From: a virus
Strand: one strand, 5' to 3'
IMG/VR virus record: IMGVR_UViG_3300047476_002078
Span: 42,802-106,801 of that record
DNA: 64,000 nucleotides
A program made the position numbers and the translations under genes. Numbering within the stretch: the first letter of the stretch is position 1; each line of letters starts with the position of its first letter. This document shows positions 48,611 through 57,770 of the stretch, piece after piece. The notes beneath the pieces are model-generated. The model was given only the letters and a program-made list of their open reading frames with translations, had not been told where the DNA came from and did no database searches.

Positions 48611-48611
48611 T

Positions 48612-48914
48612 ATGAGCATTGTTAAAAAATTAAATAAAGTTGCAGAGTTTCTTGAAAAATCATCCGCAAGTGAGTTCGACAAATGGCTCGATACTTTCCT
48701 TGAAGAGAAAGGCATTGACCTTGAAGATGATTTCACAGTTCAAGGTGCTTTTTATGGTGATAACTACATGACTTATGAAGTTGTTGTAGAGCACATTAAA
48801 ATCGCTCCGAAGCACGAACAAAAGAAAATTAAAGACATGCTCGTAAAAATTGATTTTAAGAATGGGGATGTGAAACATTTTCTCCGTCATTTAGGACAGG
48901 CTTTAGCAAAATGA
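48612..48914 (+). CDS. hypothetical protein
   Basis: 100 aa. Confidence 0.4.
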   Translation: MSIVKKLNKVAEFLEKSSASEFDKWLDTFLEEKGIDLEDDFTVQGAFYGDNYMTYEVVVEHIKIAPKHEQKKIKDMLVKIDFKNGDVKHFLRHLGQALAK

Positions 48915-49102
48915 AAAATATTCTTTCTAAACTTAATGAATTAGCTACAAAAATAGAGAAAACATCTTCAAAACGTATTCCTGTTTATCTGAGTCAAGAA
49001 GAGTTGAAACTTATTAAGCAAGGGCTTGATAAAGTTCAAGGGTCAGGAGTCTTAAAACTTATCGAAAGAGTCGAAGCAGAGTTAGACACTTTCGAGGAAT
49101 AG
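48911..49102 (+). CDS. hypothetical protein
   Basis: 63 aa. Confidence 0.3.
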   Translation: MKNILSKLNELATKIEKTSSKRIPVYLSQEELKLIKQGLDKVQGSGVLKLIERVEAELDTFEE

Positions 49103-49163
49103 CTCACCGCAAAAATTGATATTGACTAAGTGTGTTCAATAGCATATTATCCGTAAAATTTTT

Positions 49164-49424
49164 ATGGAGATTAGCTTGAGCAACTGTCCTTCCTGTAAAA
49201 AGCCCTACAATGGTTTTAAAGACGACGAGTCCATGGCTGAGTATAAACAGTCAGGTCTTTGTCAAAACTGCCAAGACGAGTTTTTTGGTGCTCCTACGCT
49301 ACCAAAAGGAAATCCTACAGGTATATGCCGTGATTGCGGTAGGATGACATATCAAGAAGAAGAATTTTGTTCTCAGTCTTGCGAAACAGCTTACATGAAT
49401 TATTTAAACGAAGGTTTGAAATGA
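49164..49424 (+). CDS. zinc-ribbon protein
   Basis: CPSC ... CQNC ... CRDC ... C motifs. Confidence 0.4.
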   Translation: MEISLSNCPSCKKPYNGFKDDESMAEYKQSGLCQNCQDEFFGAPTLPKGNPTGICRDCGRMTYQEEEFCSQSCETAYMNYLNEGLK

Positions 49425-49645
49425 ATTTACGAGAACTAGAAAGAAAACTTGGTCTTCCACTTCGTTACTTGGACAGCAAAGAAAATGTAGAACTTCCAGA
49501 AACTCAAGCATTATTAAAAATGATTGATGCTATGCCTTGGCTCATAGAGGTAGCAGAAAGTGGTTTTAATCCTGAAGTTTCCCAACTGATACTACAAAGA
49601 GAAGCAATCAACATAAAGATAGAGGAAGCTAGGAATGGCAAATAA
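49367..49645 (+). CDS. hypothetical protein
   Basis: 92 aa. Confidence 0.35.
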   Translation: MFSVLRNSLHELFKRRFEMNLRELERKLGLPLRYLDSKENVELPETQALLKMIDAMPWLIEVAESGFNPEVSQLILQREAINIKIEEARNGK

Positions 49646-49862
49646 AGCAGAATTTAGAGTGATGTATCAAAAATCCGTCGGCTTTTGCGGTGAGGCTAGA
49701 ATGGAGTGTGTAAAAAGTTTCCTAACTTTTGAAGAAGCCTCTAAATTTGCCAAAGACTATGAGTTACCTAATCACATGGACGAAATATACATAATGCAAA
49801 TTTACACAAAGGATAAAAATAATGAGGACGATGGCAAATGTTCTACTGGAAAAGAGTCTTAA
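49635..49862 (+). CDS. hypothetical protein
   Basis: 75 aa. Confidence 0.35.
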   Translation: MANKAEFRVMYQKSVGFCGEARMECVKSFLTFEEASKFAKDYELPNHMDEIYIMQIYTKDKNNEDDGKCSTGKES

Positions 49863-50091
49863 CGCTCTTTTGAAAAAACTTACTCCTCAAGACTTAGCTA
49901 AATATGAGGCTTGGAAGTTAGACCAATCTCACGATCTTGAATTGGATGATAAAATGCTTGAGCTTGAAATAGATAACCATGTCGTAGCAATTGAAGAAGT
50001 TAAAGAAATGGAAAAAGATACAGACCAGTATTATCAACTTCAAGCACATATCAAAAAAATACAGAAATTAGCTAATCTTTGGGACACCTAA
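49822..50091 (+). CDS. hypothetical protein
   Basis: 89 aa. Confidence 0.35.
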   Translation: MRTMANVLLEKSLNALLKKLTPQDLAKYEAWKLDQSHDLELDDKMLELEIDNHVVAIEEVKEMEKDTDQYYQLQAHIKKIQKLANLWDT

Positions 50092-50253
50092 TCAACAAGG
50101 CTCGGATGAGGAAAACCGAGCCTAAAAAACCTACTCCCATACCTATTCTTGGGAAACCGCTCATAACTGCTTGAATGTTTAATAAACTTAGGGAACAGCC
50201 TATTAAAGTAAAATGAATCTTTTTATCTAGTTTTGGGCACATAACTCATTATA

Positions 50254-50270
50254 GTGGAATCGGTATAGCC
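50254..50270 (+). promoter_or_regulatory. conserved 17-bp element GTGGAATCGGTATAGCC (copy 3)
   Basis: 24 bp upstream of ATG 50294, RBS AGGAGG between. Confidence 0.45.
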
Positions 50271-50293
50271 TATGTAACAAATAGGAGGATTCC

Positions 50294-50740
50294 ATGAGCA
50301 TTAATATTGGCGACATTGTAGAACTCAACGGAAAAGAATATAAAATTGTCGGAACGATCAAGCGTTCCTACCTTCTTGAAAGGGAAGGTAAGCAATATAA
50401 AGCGACTGCCGATAAAATCAAAAAGATTCAACAAATCACAGGTCAAAGAGAAAGCACTCCCACGACTTCTTACCTAGAAAGAAGAGTGGCTTACTTGAAA
50501 ATTTTCAAAATAGACGCAAAAATACCGACCAATGCAGAAGAGTGTATGCCTTTCTTTGAAAGATTAGTTGGTGAACTATCTCCAGAAAATCTATCTTGTG
50601 ACGGAGAGGCTTCACGCTCACAAGTTCAGGCGAAGCTCAGAGAAATCAGAGGAACTTGGAAAGAACTTGAAACGATTGCAGGACGAAGATATTCAGAACA
50701 AGAAATTGAAGAACGTATGATGGGAGGACTCAATGGATAA
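50294..50740 (+). CDS. hypothetical protein
   Basis: 148 aa. Confidence 0.45.
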   Translation: MSINIGDIVELNGKEYKIVGTIKRSYLLEREGKQYKATADKIKKIQQITGQRESTPTTSYLERRVAYLKIFKIDAKIPTNAEECMPFFERLVGELSPENLSCDGEASRSQVQAKLREIRGTWKELETIAGRRYSEQEIEERMMGGLNG

Positions 50741-51002
50741 TTTTGAATACAAAGGTTATACTTACTTAAAAGAACTTGATGTAGAACCTGATAACATCAA
50801 AATCTTTCACATGGCTGTAAAAGAAGGTAAAGAAGTACATATAGATTTCAGCCCATACACTGAAATGGATTTTGAAACCTTTCAAATGTTGGTTGATCTT
50901 AATTTTCCAGAAAGGATTGGAGTAAAAACTCCTCATGGGACTTTTTTCTCTCCTTGGAATAAAGATTCTTTGATGAAATTTTGGCTTGAGAGAAAAGTAT
51001 GA
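50733..51002 (+). CDS. hypothetical protein
   Basis: 89 aa. Confidence 0.4.
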   Translation: MDNFEYKGYTYLKELDVEPDNIKIFHMAVKEGKEVHIDFSPYTEMDFETFQMLVDLNFPERIGVKTPHGTFFSPWNKDSLMKFWLERKV

Positions 51003-51400
51003 ATATAACTCCAGAATTAGTAAAAACTCTTGAACCTAATCAGATATTTGTTTTTGGCTCAAACGAAGCTGGCAGGCATGGAGCAGGAGCCGCCAAAAAT
51101 GCGGTTAAGTGGGGAGCTATTTATGGGGTAGGTGAGGGATTAAAAGGTCAAACTTATGCTATACCGACAAAAGATAAAAACATTGAGACGCTAAATCTTG
51201 AAGATATAAATGATTACGTTCTTAATTTTTATAACTTTGCCAAGATAAACCCTGATCTTGATTTTTTAGTTACAGAAATAGGGTGCGGTTTAGCAGGTCT
51301 TACTCCAGAACAAATAGCACCTATGTTTAAAGACACTTCAAAACTGCCGAATGTTTACCTACCTTATAGGTTTTGGAATGTTTTGGTGGAAATGGTATAG
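50999..51400 (+). CDS. Rossmann-like nucleotide-binding protein (possible SLOG/LOG-like)
   Basis: IFVFGSNEAGRHGAGAAKNA glycine-rich loop after beta-strand, second G-rich loop EIGCGLAG. Confidence 0.35.
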   Translation: MNITPELVKTLEPNQIFVFGSNEAGRHGAGAAKNAVKWGAIYGVGEGLKGQTYAIPTKDKNIETLNLEDINDYVLNFYNFAKINPDLDFLVTEIGCGLAGLTPEQIAPMFKDTSKLPNVYLPYRFWNVLVEMV

Positions 51401-51402
51401 CC
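51386..51402 (+). promoter_or_regulatory. conserved 17-bp element variant GTGGAAATGGTATAGCC (copy 4)
   Basis: 15/17 match, upstream of 51443/51455 start. Confidence 0.35.
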
Positions 51403-51442
51403 AGCCAAATCTTAATTTAAGATAAGATTTGGCTAAATATAA

Positions 51443-51817
51443 ATGGAGGGATTTATGAAAGCTATTCTGATTGATGTTGAAAAACGTGAAGTAAAAATAG
51501 TTGATGTGGAAAAAGGAATTGATGCGATTTATGCACAGATTAAATGCGACTGTTTCACAGTTGTAACATTAGAAAACGAAGATGCTATTTTTGTAGATGA
51601 TGAAGGTTTACTTAAATTGGATGAAAATTCAAAATTCTTTTTCATTGAAGGTTATCATCAACCTTTAGCAGGAAACGGTTTAATTCTCGGAACCGATGAA
51701 GAAGGTGAAAGCGTTGATGTGAAAAGTGATTTAGAGGATATAAAGAACAAGGTGCGTTTTCTTAACATTCAAGAAATTCACGCTACAAACCCAGAATGGC
51801 TATCTCAATTCTTATAA
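51443..51817 (+). CDS. hypothetical protein
   Basis: 124 aa; true start may be internal MKAIL. Confidence 0.4.
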   Translation: MEGFMKAILIDVEKREVKIVDVEKGIDAIYAQIKCDCFTVVTLENEDAIFVDDEGLLKLDENSKFFFIEGYHQPLAGNGLILGTDEEGESVDVKSDLEDIKNKVRFLNIQEIHATNPEWLSQFL

Positions 51818-51826
51818 GAAGGTTTT

Positions 51827-52066
51827 ATGAATAAAATTCAGAGTTACCATTTTGGTTATGTTTTAGAAAAAGTTAATTATGTTGAAGAAGTTTTAGAAAT
51901 TATTGAAACGCCTTATGCGGCTTTAAACATCTTCGGTCAGATTTTAAATCAAAAAAGAGTACACAGAGTAAACTTTTGCAGATTTACTCCGGGCGAGGCT
52001 ATTTCAATGCCTTACAAAAATAAAAAGGATTGCGAAGATTTTCAAAAATTATATGAAAATTCGTGA
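51827..52066 (+). CDS. hypothetical protein
   Basis: 79 aa. Confidence 0.35.
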   Translation: MNKIQSYHFGYVLEKVNYVEEVLEIIETPYAALNIFGQILNQKRVHRVNFCRFTPGEAISMPYKNKKDCEDFQKLYENS

Positions 52067-52268
52067 TAAAGTAGGTTATATGGAAAATAAATTCAGAATG
52101 ATTGTAATGTGTGATGGAGAAAACGGTTCAATTGTTCCGTGCGAAGATGCGAGCTTGTTTGAAACGCTTGAAGATGCTAAAGAGTGGGCTGAAGCGATTA
52201 TTCAATCAGGCAACGCTCATTACATAAACATATATCAAAACGATGAAATGGTTTGCAGGGTTTTATGA
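52053..52268 (+). CDS. hypothetical protein
   Basis: 71 aa. Confidence 0.35.
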   Translation: MKIRDKVGYMENKFRMIVMCDGENGSIVPCEDASLFETLEDAKEWAEAIIQSGNAHYINIYQNDEMVCRVL

Positions 52269-52498
52269 AGACTTTTGATTTCTCAGATTTAGAAAAAGCT
52301 GTATTAGCTGATATTAATCAGAATCATGAGCATATTCCAGATTACTATAGTCTGTGGGCAGATGAGTTTAAAGTTGATCGGAAACTTGTTAAAGAAATTG
52401 CTTGGTTACATTTTTATGACGTGACTAAAGGTGAAAATATAAACCAAATTAAAAACAGTATTCGTTCTACTCTTATACAACGAGGCTATAAAGTATAA
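52253..52498 (+). CDS. hypothetical protein
   Basis: 81 aa. Confidence 0.35.
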   Translation: MQGFMKTFDFSDLEKAVLADINQNHEHIPDYYSLWADEFKVDRKLVKEIAWLHFYDVTKGENINQIKNSIRSTLIQRGYKV

Positions 52499-52575
52499 TG
52501 GCGACCGAGGAGGGACTCGAACCCCCAACCGCTGCCTTAGAAAGACAATGCTCTATCCGGTTGAGCTACTCGGTC
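52499..52575 (-). tRNA. tRNA-Arg (anticodon UCU)
   Basis: GACCGAGTAGCTCAACCGGATAGAGC...anticodon loop TTTCTAA...GGTTCGAGTCC...CTCGGTCGCCA. Confidence 0.7.
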
Positions 52576-52609
52576 AAATTCCAATTATTCTGTGTTAAAT
52601 TTTAAAAGT

Positions 52610-53431
52610 CTATTTAAAATTTAATTGAACCTGTGAATCTGTCCCATCTTCATGAGCAAAAGTAAAATAATGCTGTTGATGCCATTTTGATTTGATTGCA
52701 TTTGACAGTCTCATTTTAACTTTCCCTGCTTCATCAAAATCAGTAAAAATGTTTTTAAGATGGCTTCCTGCTACGTGCCCTGTGCCCTTCATCTCATCTC
52801 CTGCATATTGTTCCCAGAGAGGCTTTAAATGATTATGCCCTGCGGTAGAGTGGATAACGGAATGTTGTCCATATTTTTTACCAATTGCTTCCAAGTCTTT
52901 TGGAGAAACTTTATTTGTGTGGTGAACCATGAAAACATTTTCATCATTCCCCATGAAGTGCCCTGTACCTCTGTGAAAAACAACGCCCATTTTCTGAAGT
53001 TCTTGCATGAGTTGTTGTGTACGTTTTTTATTTTCTTCGGAATCTGTTTTTTGACCATGTGGGTTTTCTGCGGTTAGTACCGTAAATGAACCGTGGTTTA
53101 AATGATGCTTGAGAAATTTTTTATCTATTGGGGCTGCTCCGGAAATAAAAGGTCGTGCGTTTTCGGAAGTCTTTACTTGCGTTCTTGTTCTCAATTCTTT
53201 GAACTTATCAAAGTCTAATTTTGTATCGGGATGATTCTGCTTAAACATATCGTAAGCAGTATTAATGCTCTCGTCTGATTTAGTCTGTGGTTTATTTTGA
53301 GAAGGTTGAGCAAAAAGAGGGTCATTTGGTCTTTTTTTAGTCAAAGGGTGTAACTTCTTATAGTCTTCATAAGTTATTTTGGCTTTTTTAAGCTTATTTT
53401 CAAGTTCAGAGATTAAGTCAGATACTTTCAT
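52610..53431 (-). CDS. His-rich hypothetical protein with shared N-terminal leader module
   Basis: N-terminal ITYEDYKKLHPLTKKRPNDPLF then Q/P/K linker; many His/Gly in C-terminal region. Confidence 0.5.
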   Translation of the reverse strand: MKVSDLISELENKLKKAKITYEDYKKLHPLTKKRPNDPLFAQPSQNKPQTKSDESINTAYDMFKQNHPDTKLDFDKFKELRTRTQVKTSENARPFISGAAPIDKKFLKHHLNHGSFTVLTAENPHGQKTDSEENKKRTQQLMQELQKMGVVFHRGTGHFMGNDENVFMVHHTNKVSPKDLEAIGKKYGQHSVIHSTAGHNHLKPLWEQYAGDEMKGTGHVAGSHLKNIFTDFDEAGKVKMRLSNAIKSKWHQQHYFTFAHEDGTDSQVQLNFK

Positions 53432-53556
53432 GGATACACCTTCAATAAATTAAACATTACTTTTTACGTTATTATTAAAACATAATACTTTTTGACTTTA
53501 AATAACAATCAGGCATTAATGTTTTTACATCATTATAGAAATACAAAGGCTCATTT

Positions 53557-53886
53557 ATGATGATTTCAAAAAAAGTAAGTTTTTACAAAAATGACAAAGG
53601 TGAGAGCCTTTCTTGTATTGTTTACGACAAAGACAATTTTTTTGTAACTTTGAAAGAAAGCTCCGACGGTGATTTAGATATTGAATTTAAGACTGAAAAC
53701 TTAGGAGAGATCAAGATAGCTACTCAGTTAGGATACTCAGATTTAAGCGAATATGAAGTTTTAGATGATATTGCTGTAAACATCATAGAAACGCTCACAT
53801 TTTACGGTGAAGAGGTTCTTGGCGACTTGGTTGAATACTATAACAACATTGATATAAGTGAAGTTGTAGAAGCCACCACGCATTAA
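53557..53886 (+). CDS. hypothetical acidic protein
   Basis: 109 aa. Confidence 0.4.
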   Translation: MMISKKVSFYKNDKGESLSCIVYDKDNFFVTLKESSDGDLDIEFKTENLGEIKIATQLGYSDLSEYEVLDDIAVNIIETLTFYGEEVLGDLVEYYNNIDISEVVEATTH

Positions 53887-53933
53887 AATCCGACTAATTT
53901 AGTTTTAAGAATTTACTAATTCATTGCGTTATA

Positions 53934-54596
53934 ATGAATGGGATAGTTAAATTCTATTTAATTATTATCATGTGTCTTTTTTACCGTGATATTAATATCC
54001 GTTCAACTCTAATGGAAGAACATTCCGAAGATAATGTTTATGTTTATCCTAATGTAGAACAATCTTTCTCTGAAAAATTTTCCGTAAACATCATAGCTAA
54101 AAATTACAAAAAGCCTGAATTACAAAAACTAAACCAAGCTTCATTATTGCTCGAAGATGTTTTCAATAGCGAAGAATACAGAGAAGAAGTTTTAAATTTT
54201 ACATCATTTAGAAGAAAAGCGTTTCAATATAATAGAGATCAAACTAACGAACAGATTTACTTAACGATCATTTGGGGAGCAGAGATTTTAGATTCAAGAT
54301 TCGACAGAGAAATGGATTTAATTGTTCAAATGTATCACGCACCTTTTTCAAAAACAGTAGGATATACTTACTGGAATGAGCCGACAGTTTACACAAATAA
54401 AAAATATCATAGAAGATTTACGCCTTGCGAAGTAGCTTCAAATTTGGTTCACGAGTGGATGCACAAGTTGGGATACTCACATTCCGTAAAATGGGAAGAA
54501 AAAAGGGATTTTACGGTTCCTTATGGGCACAATGAGATAATTAAAAAACTCTGCCCTCTTGCCGAACAAGGTAAATTGACTCCATTATATTGGTAA
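53934..54596 (+). CDS. metzincin-like zinc metallopeptidase (paralog)
   Basis: HEWMHKLGYSH (HExxHxxGxxH); GYTYWNEPTVYTNKKY parallels 1299..1904. Confidence 0.5.
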   Translation: MNGIVKFYLIIIMCLFYRDINIRSTLMEEHSEDNVYVYPNVEQSFSEKFSVNIIAKNYKKPELQKLNQASLLLEDVFNSEEYREEVLNFTSFRRKAFQYNRDQTNEQIYLTIIWGAEILDSRFDREMDLIVQMYHAPFSKTVGYTYWNEPTVYTNKKYHRRFTPCEVASNLVHEWMHKLGYSHSVKWEEKRDFTVPYGHNEIIKKLCPLAEQGKLTPLYW

Positions 54597-54892
54597 GGTT
54601 TTACTTTTACGGAGTTTTTATGACTAAGAATCAAAAGAAGATAATGTTAGGAGTTGATGGAGTTAAATTTAATTTGAAAAATTTAGCAGACAGGCTAGAG
54701 ATTGTTTCGAGAAGTTTAAAAAATATGCCTTTAGAAACAAAACATGAAGATAAGCTACCTGTTGGTCAAGCATCACCCTGTTATGCACTTAAAGAGTTAG
54801 GCGGAGAATTAAGCGTCATTAATTACAACATCAATTATCTGTCGGATATGCTAGAAGATTTTTACAAAGAATATAATAAAGAGGTTATGTAA
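54590..54892 (+). CDS. hypothetical protein
   Basis: 100 aa. Confidence 0.35.
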   Translation: MVRFYFYGVFMTKNQKKIMLGVDGVKFNLKNLADRLEIVSRSLKNMPLETKHEDKLPVGQASPCYALKELGGELSVINYNINYLSDMLEDFYKEYNKEVM

Positions 54893-54983
54893 AATGGATT
54901 CAATAGGAAGCGTTTGTTGCAAAGACCAATGTAAGGGAACAGAGTACCAATGTGCCTGTCAAAAATGCGACAAAAAATAACGA

Positions 54984-55382
54984 ATGGGAAATTTGAAAAA
55001 ATACATAAAAGAAATTTGCAAAATTTACGGTGTAAAGATCAGATTCAAAAATAACTTTTCAGGAGGCGTGTACTGGAAAGGTAAAATAGAAATGGGAAAA
55101 TGTTTGAACAAAAAAGATTACATCGACGTTTTCTGTCACGAATTAGCACATTTTTTAAATGACGTTGAAAGCAAATACCCAGTATATCATCAACAAGACA
55201 GTTCAAAAGTTATAAAAAGAATGGGTTTAAAAAATTATTCTTTATATGCTTTGAAAGCTGAACTCTATACTGAAAAAAGAGGGAAAGAGATTGCAAAAAT
55301 CTGGTTTCCTCAACATAAATATGAAAGCTCATATTTTAACACCTCCTACTGGAAAGGTTTTTTCTATGGGTATTATCTTTAA
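54984..55382 (+). CDS. putative HExxH zinc metallopeptidase-like protein
   Basis: VFCHELAHFLND motif. Confidence 0.35.
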   Translation: MGNLKKYIKEICKIYGVKIRFKNNFSGGVYWKGKIEMGKCLNKKDYIDVFCHELAHFLNDVESKYPVYHQQDSSKVIKRMGLKNYSLYALKAELYTEKRGKEIAKIWFPQHKYESSYFNTSYWKGFFYGYYL

Positions 55383-55391
55383 GGAGATCAC

Positions 55392-55742
55392 ATGGATGCT
55401 TTGAATTTTGTTTATTGGCTTCAAGGTTTTTTAGAATTATCAAACACACAAAATCTGAATGAAGAACAAGTTAAAATTTTAAAAGACCATATAAAACTTG
55501 TTTTAGAAAAGAAAACTCCAAATTATTCTCCTTTTACAACCTCTCCGCCTTACCATCAACCTTTTGTAATCAATACTCCGAATAATATACCTATGACTCC
55601 GATTTGCTCTACTAATGTTAAACTCGATAATCGCTCTTTCTGTAACTCAGGTTTGACTCTAAATGAAGGTGTCTCCCCATTAACTTTTAACGATGGAGTA
55701 GCCCCTTTAACTTTCGAGGACATACCGTCTTTTGAAGAATAA
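55392..55742 (+). CDS. hypothetical protein
   Basis: 116 aa. Confidence 0.4.
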   Translation: MDALNFVYWLQGFLELSNTQNLNEEQVKILKDHIKLVLEKKTPNYSPFTTSPPYHQPFVINTPNNIPMTPICSTNVKLDNRSFCNSGLTLNEGVSPLTFNDGVAPLTFEDIPSFEE

Positions 55743-55767
55743 GTAATAACAGTTACTTAGCCTCCGA

Positions 55768-55784
55768 GTGGAATCGGTATAGCC
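55768..55784 (+). promoter_or_regulatory. conserved 17-bp element GTGGAATCGGTATAGCC (copy 5)
   Basis: 20 bp upstream of probable ATG 55804, RBS GGAGGA between. Confidence 0.45.
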
Positions 55785-55785
55785 G

Positions 55786-56091
55786 ATGAAACTTGGAGGA
55801 ACTATGAAAAGTACAACTGCATGGGAGCTAAAAAAAGATCAATTAATCCACCTCGATGGAAAATCTCACCGTATAGAATTTGTAAATAAAAACAAACAAG
55901 AATATTCAGTCACTATTAAAGTAAACGGACAATTTAAAGTCATGGGAGCGAGTCAACATTGCGTTGTTTCTAACGACTTGTTCGGAGCCATTATGAAGTT
56001 TGAAGAAGATGAATTGGATGAATCAAAAATAATTGAACTTATTGAAGAAGAAAATGAATCTAACGAAATTCAATACAGGAGGGCAGCATGA
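55786..56091 (+). CDS. hypothetical protein
   Basis: True start probably 55804 (MKSTT) after RBS. Confidence 0.4.
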   Translation: MKLGGTMKSTTAWELKKDQLIHLDGKSHRIEFVNKNKQEYSVTIKVNGQFKVMGASQHCVVSNDLFGAIMKFEEDELDESKIIELIEEENESNEIQYRRAA

Positions 56092-56315
56092 TCGGTTATT
56101 TAAAAGATGGCAGGCAGGTAGAATTTTCTGTTTTTGGAAGGTACGAAGATGATCTAACTATAGACGATATTTACTTCACAGAATCAGAAGATGAAGTGAG
56201 CCAAGAAGATATTGACTACATCGAGAAAACATACGCACAAGAAATTTACGAAAATTGGATAGAAGATCAAATCGCACGAGCAGAAGATTGGGCTGAAAGA
56301 AATATGGAAAGGTGA
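56088..56315 (+). CDS. hypothetical acidic protein
   Basis: 75 aa. Confidence 0.35.
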   Translation: MIGYLKDGRQVEFSVFGRYEDDLTIDDIYFTESEDEVSQEDIDYIEKTYAQEIYENWIEDQIARAEDWAERNMER

Positions 56316-56318
56316 GGG

Positions 56319-56750
56319 TTAAACCCCACCTTCCACCTTTGCCAAAATCGAAAGTAATTCTTTTTCATATTTTGGATTAATCACATCATGTTCAAGTTCT
56401 ACATCCAGAATAGCCTTCATTATTTCTTTTTCTCTTGTAGTAAATCTTTCCCCTGCTTGAGAATTGGCAAGAAGCTCATTAACATCCCAAGTTTGACGAG
56501 ACATAAAGTATGATGCAGGCTGTTTAAGAAGTTCTTCCATGCCTCTTTGTAGCAATTTAAAGTAGTTTAAATCGGCTCCTGCCTGACCTCTCTGGGCTTT
56601 TAGGTTCCCTTTAGCATCTCGTCTAATAAAGCGGTAAAAAATGTCGCTTTGGCTATCAGGATAGTTGTACTGACAGTTTTGGAAACATAGTTTCTCTCCA
56701 TCTGGTAAATCTAAAGTAACCTCAAAACGAACATCAATTCTAGTAGTCAT
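56319..56750 (-). CDS. hypothetical protein
   Basis: 143 aa. Confidence 0.4.
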   Translation of the reverse strand: MTTRIDVRFEVTLDLPDGEKLCFQNCQYNYPDSQSDIFYRFIRRDAKGNLKAQRGQAGADLNYFKLLQRGMEELLKQPASYFMSRQTWDVNELLANSQAGERFTTREKEIMKAILDVELEHDVINPKYEKELLSILAKVEGGV

Positions 56751-56814
56751 TTGTCCTCCATGTGTGGTTTAAAGTTGCATAAAGTAAGCACATGATGTAT
56801 TATGAGTATCACAT

Positions 56815-57276
56815 GTGTATCTTTTATGCAAGAGGTATCGAATGAAGTTCGTTTATAACGATGGAGGGAGAAAGGACGCAGGATTTAAGGGGTCGGCTGG
56901 GGACTGCGTAGTGAGAGCTATAGCAATAGCAACAGGATTACCTTATAAGAGAGTCTATGACGATATTAACGAACTGTGTAAGCTTCATAATGATAAGAAG
57001 AAAGTTAAGAAAGGTACAAATTCTTCTTCACGGGAAGGAGTATCTCGACCTGTATATGACAAGTATCTGAAGGAACTAGGTTGGTTCTGGGTCCCGACCA
57101 TGAAGATAGGTCAAGGGTGTAAGGTTCATCTAAAAGAAGATGAACTACCGAAGGGAAAGCTAATAGTAAGCGTATCAAAACACATGGTAGCGGTTATAGA
57201 CGGGGTAATTCACGATACATATAAAGAAGATCGGGACGGAACGAGATGCGTTTATGGCTACTTCTATAAGCCTTGA
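56815..57276 (+). CDS. hypothetical protein
   Basis: 153 aa. Confidence 0.4.
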   Translation: MYLLCKRYRMKFVYNDGGRKDAGFKGSAGDCVVRAIAIATGLPYKRVYDDINELCKLHNDKKKVKKGTNSSSREGVSRPVYDKYLKELGWFWVPTMKIGQGCKVHLKEDELPKGKLIVSVSKHMVAVIDGVIHDTYKEDRDGTRCVYGYFYKP

Positions 57277-57476
57277 GTTATAAAAATTCGTTCCGAGTTG
57301 TTGGAAGTGCAAGGGCAGTATTTTTGGAAGATTTTTGAAAGTTTTTGGAAGTGTTTAGAGCACTCGGAACGTATTTAAAAACTTTACCGTAAATTGAAAT
57401 TAATTCAACATTGTTTTTCACGGTGCAAGAATTTTTAAGATTCACGCACAGCACAATTTACTAATTTAATCTTGTT

Positions 57477-57731
57477 TTGATGAGATTATTTTTTCTTGCT
57501 CTGTTTATATCTTTTAACAGTTTCGCTCTGGAAACAGTTATTTGCAACGGTGCGGAAGAATCATATAAGTGCTACACTTATTCTAAAGACGAACCTCAAT
57601 ACTACGAAAATGTCATAAATGTTCATGAATCCGATGGATGGAAAGAAGAAAAAAGTGACTCAGATAGTCAGGATTCCGAATACTCCTATAAAGAAAAATC
57701 AAGTTTACCGTATATTTTTCTTCGTAATTAA
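57477..57731 (+). CDS. secreted small protein
   Basis: Signal peptide MMRLFFLALFISFNSFA. Confidence 0.4.
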   Translation: MMRLFFLALFISFNSFALETVICNGAEESYKCYTYSKDEPQYYENVINVHESDGWKEEKSDSDSQDSEYSYKEKSSLPYIFLRN

Positions 57732-57770
57732 CCTCATGCAGTTTATTGTTTTACTATCGAGGATAAAGCA

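Noticed and set aside
52825-53077. ORFs 52825..53058 (-) and 52829..53077 (+)
   Set aside because: Alternative frames inside 52610..53431.
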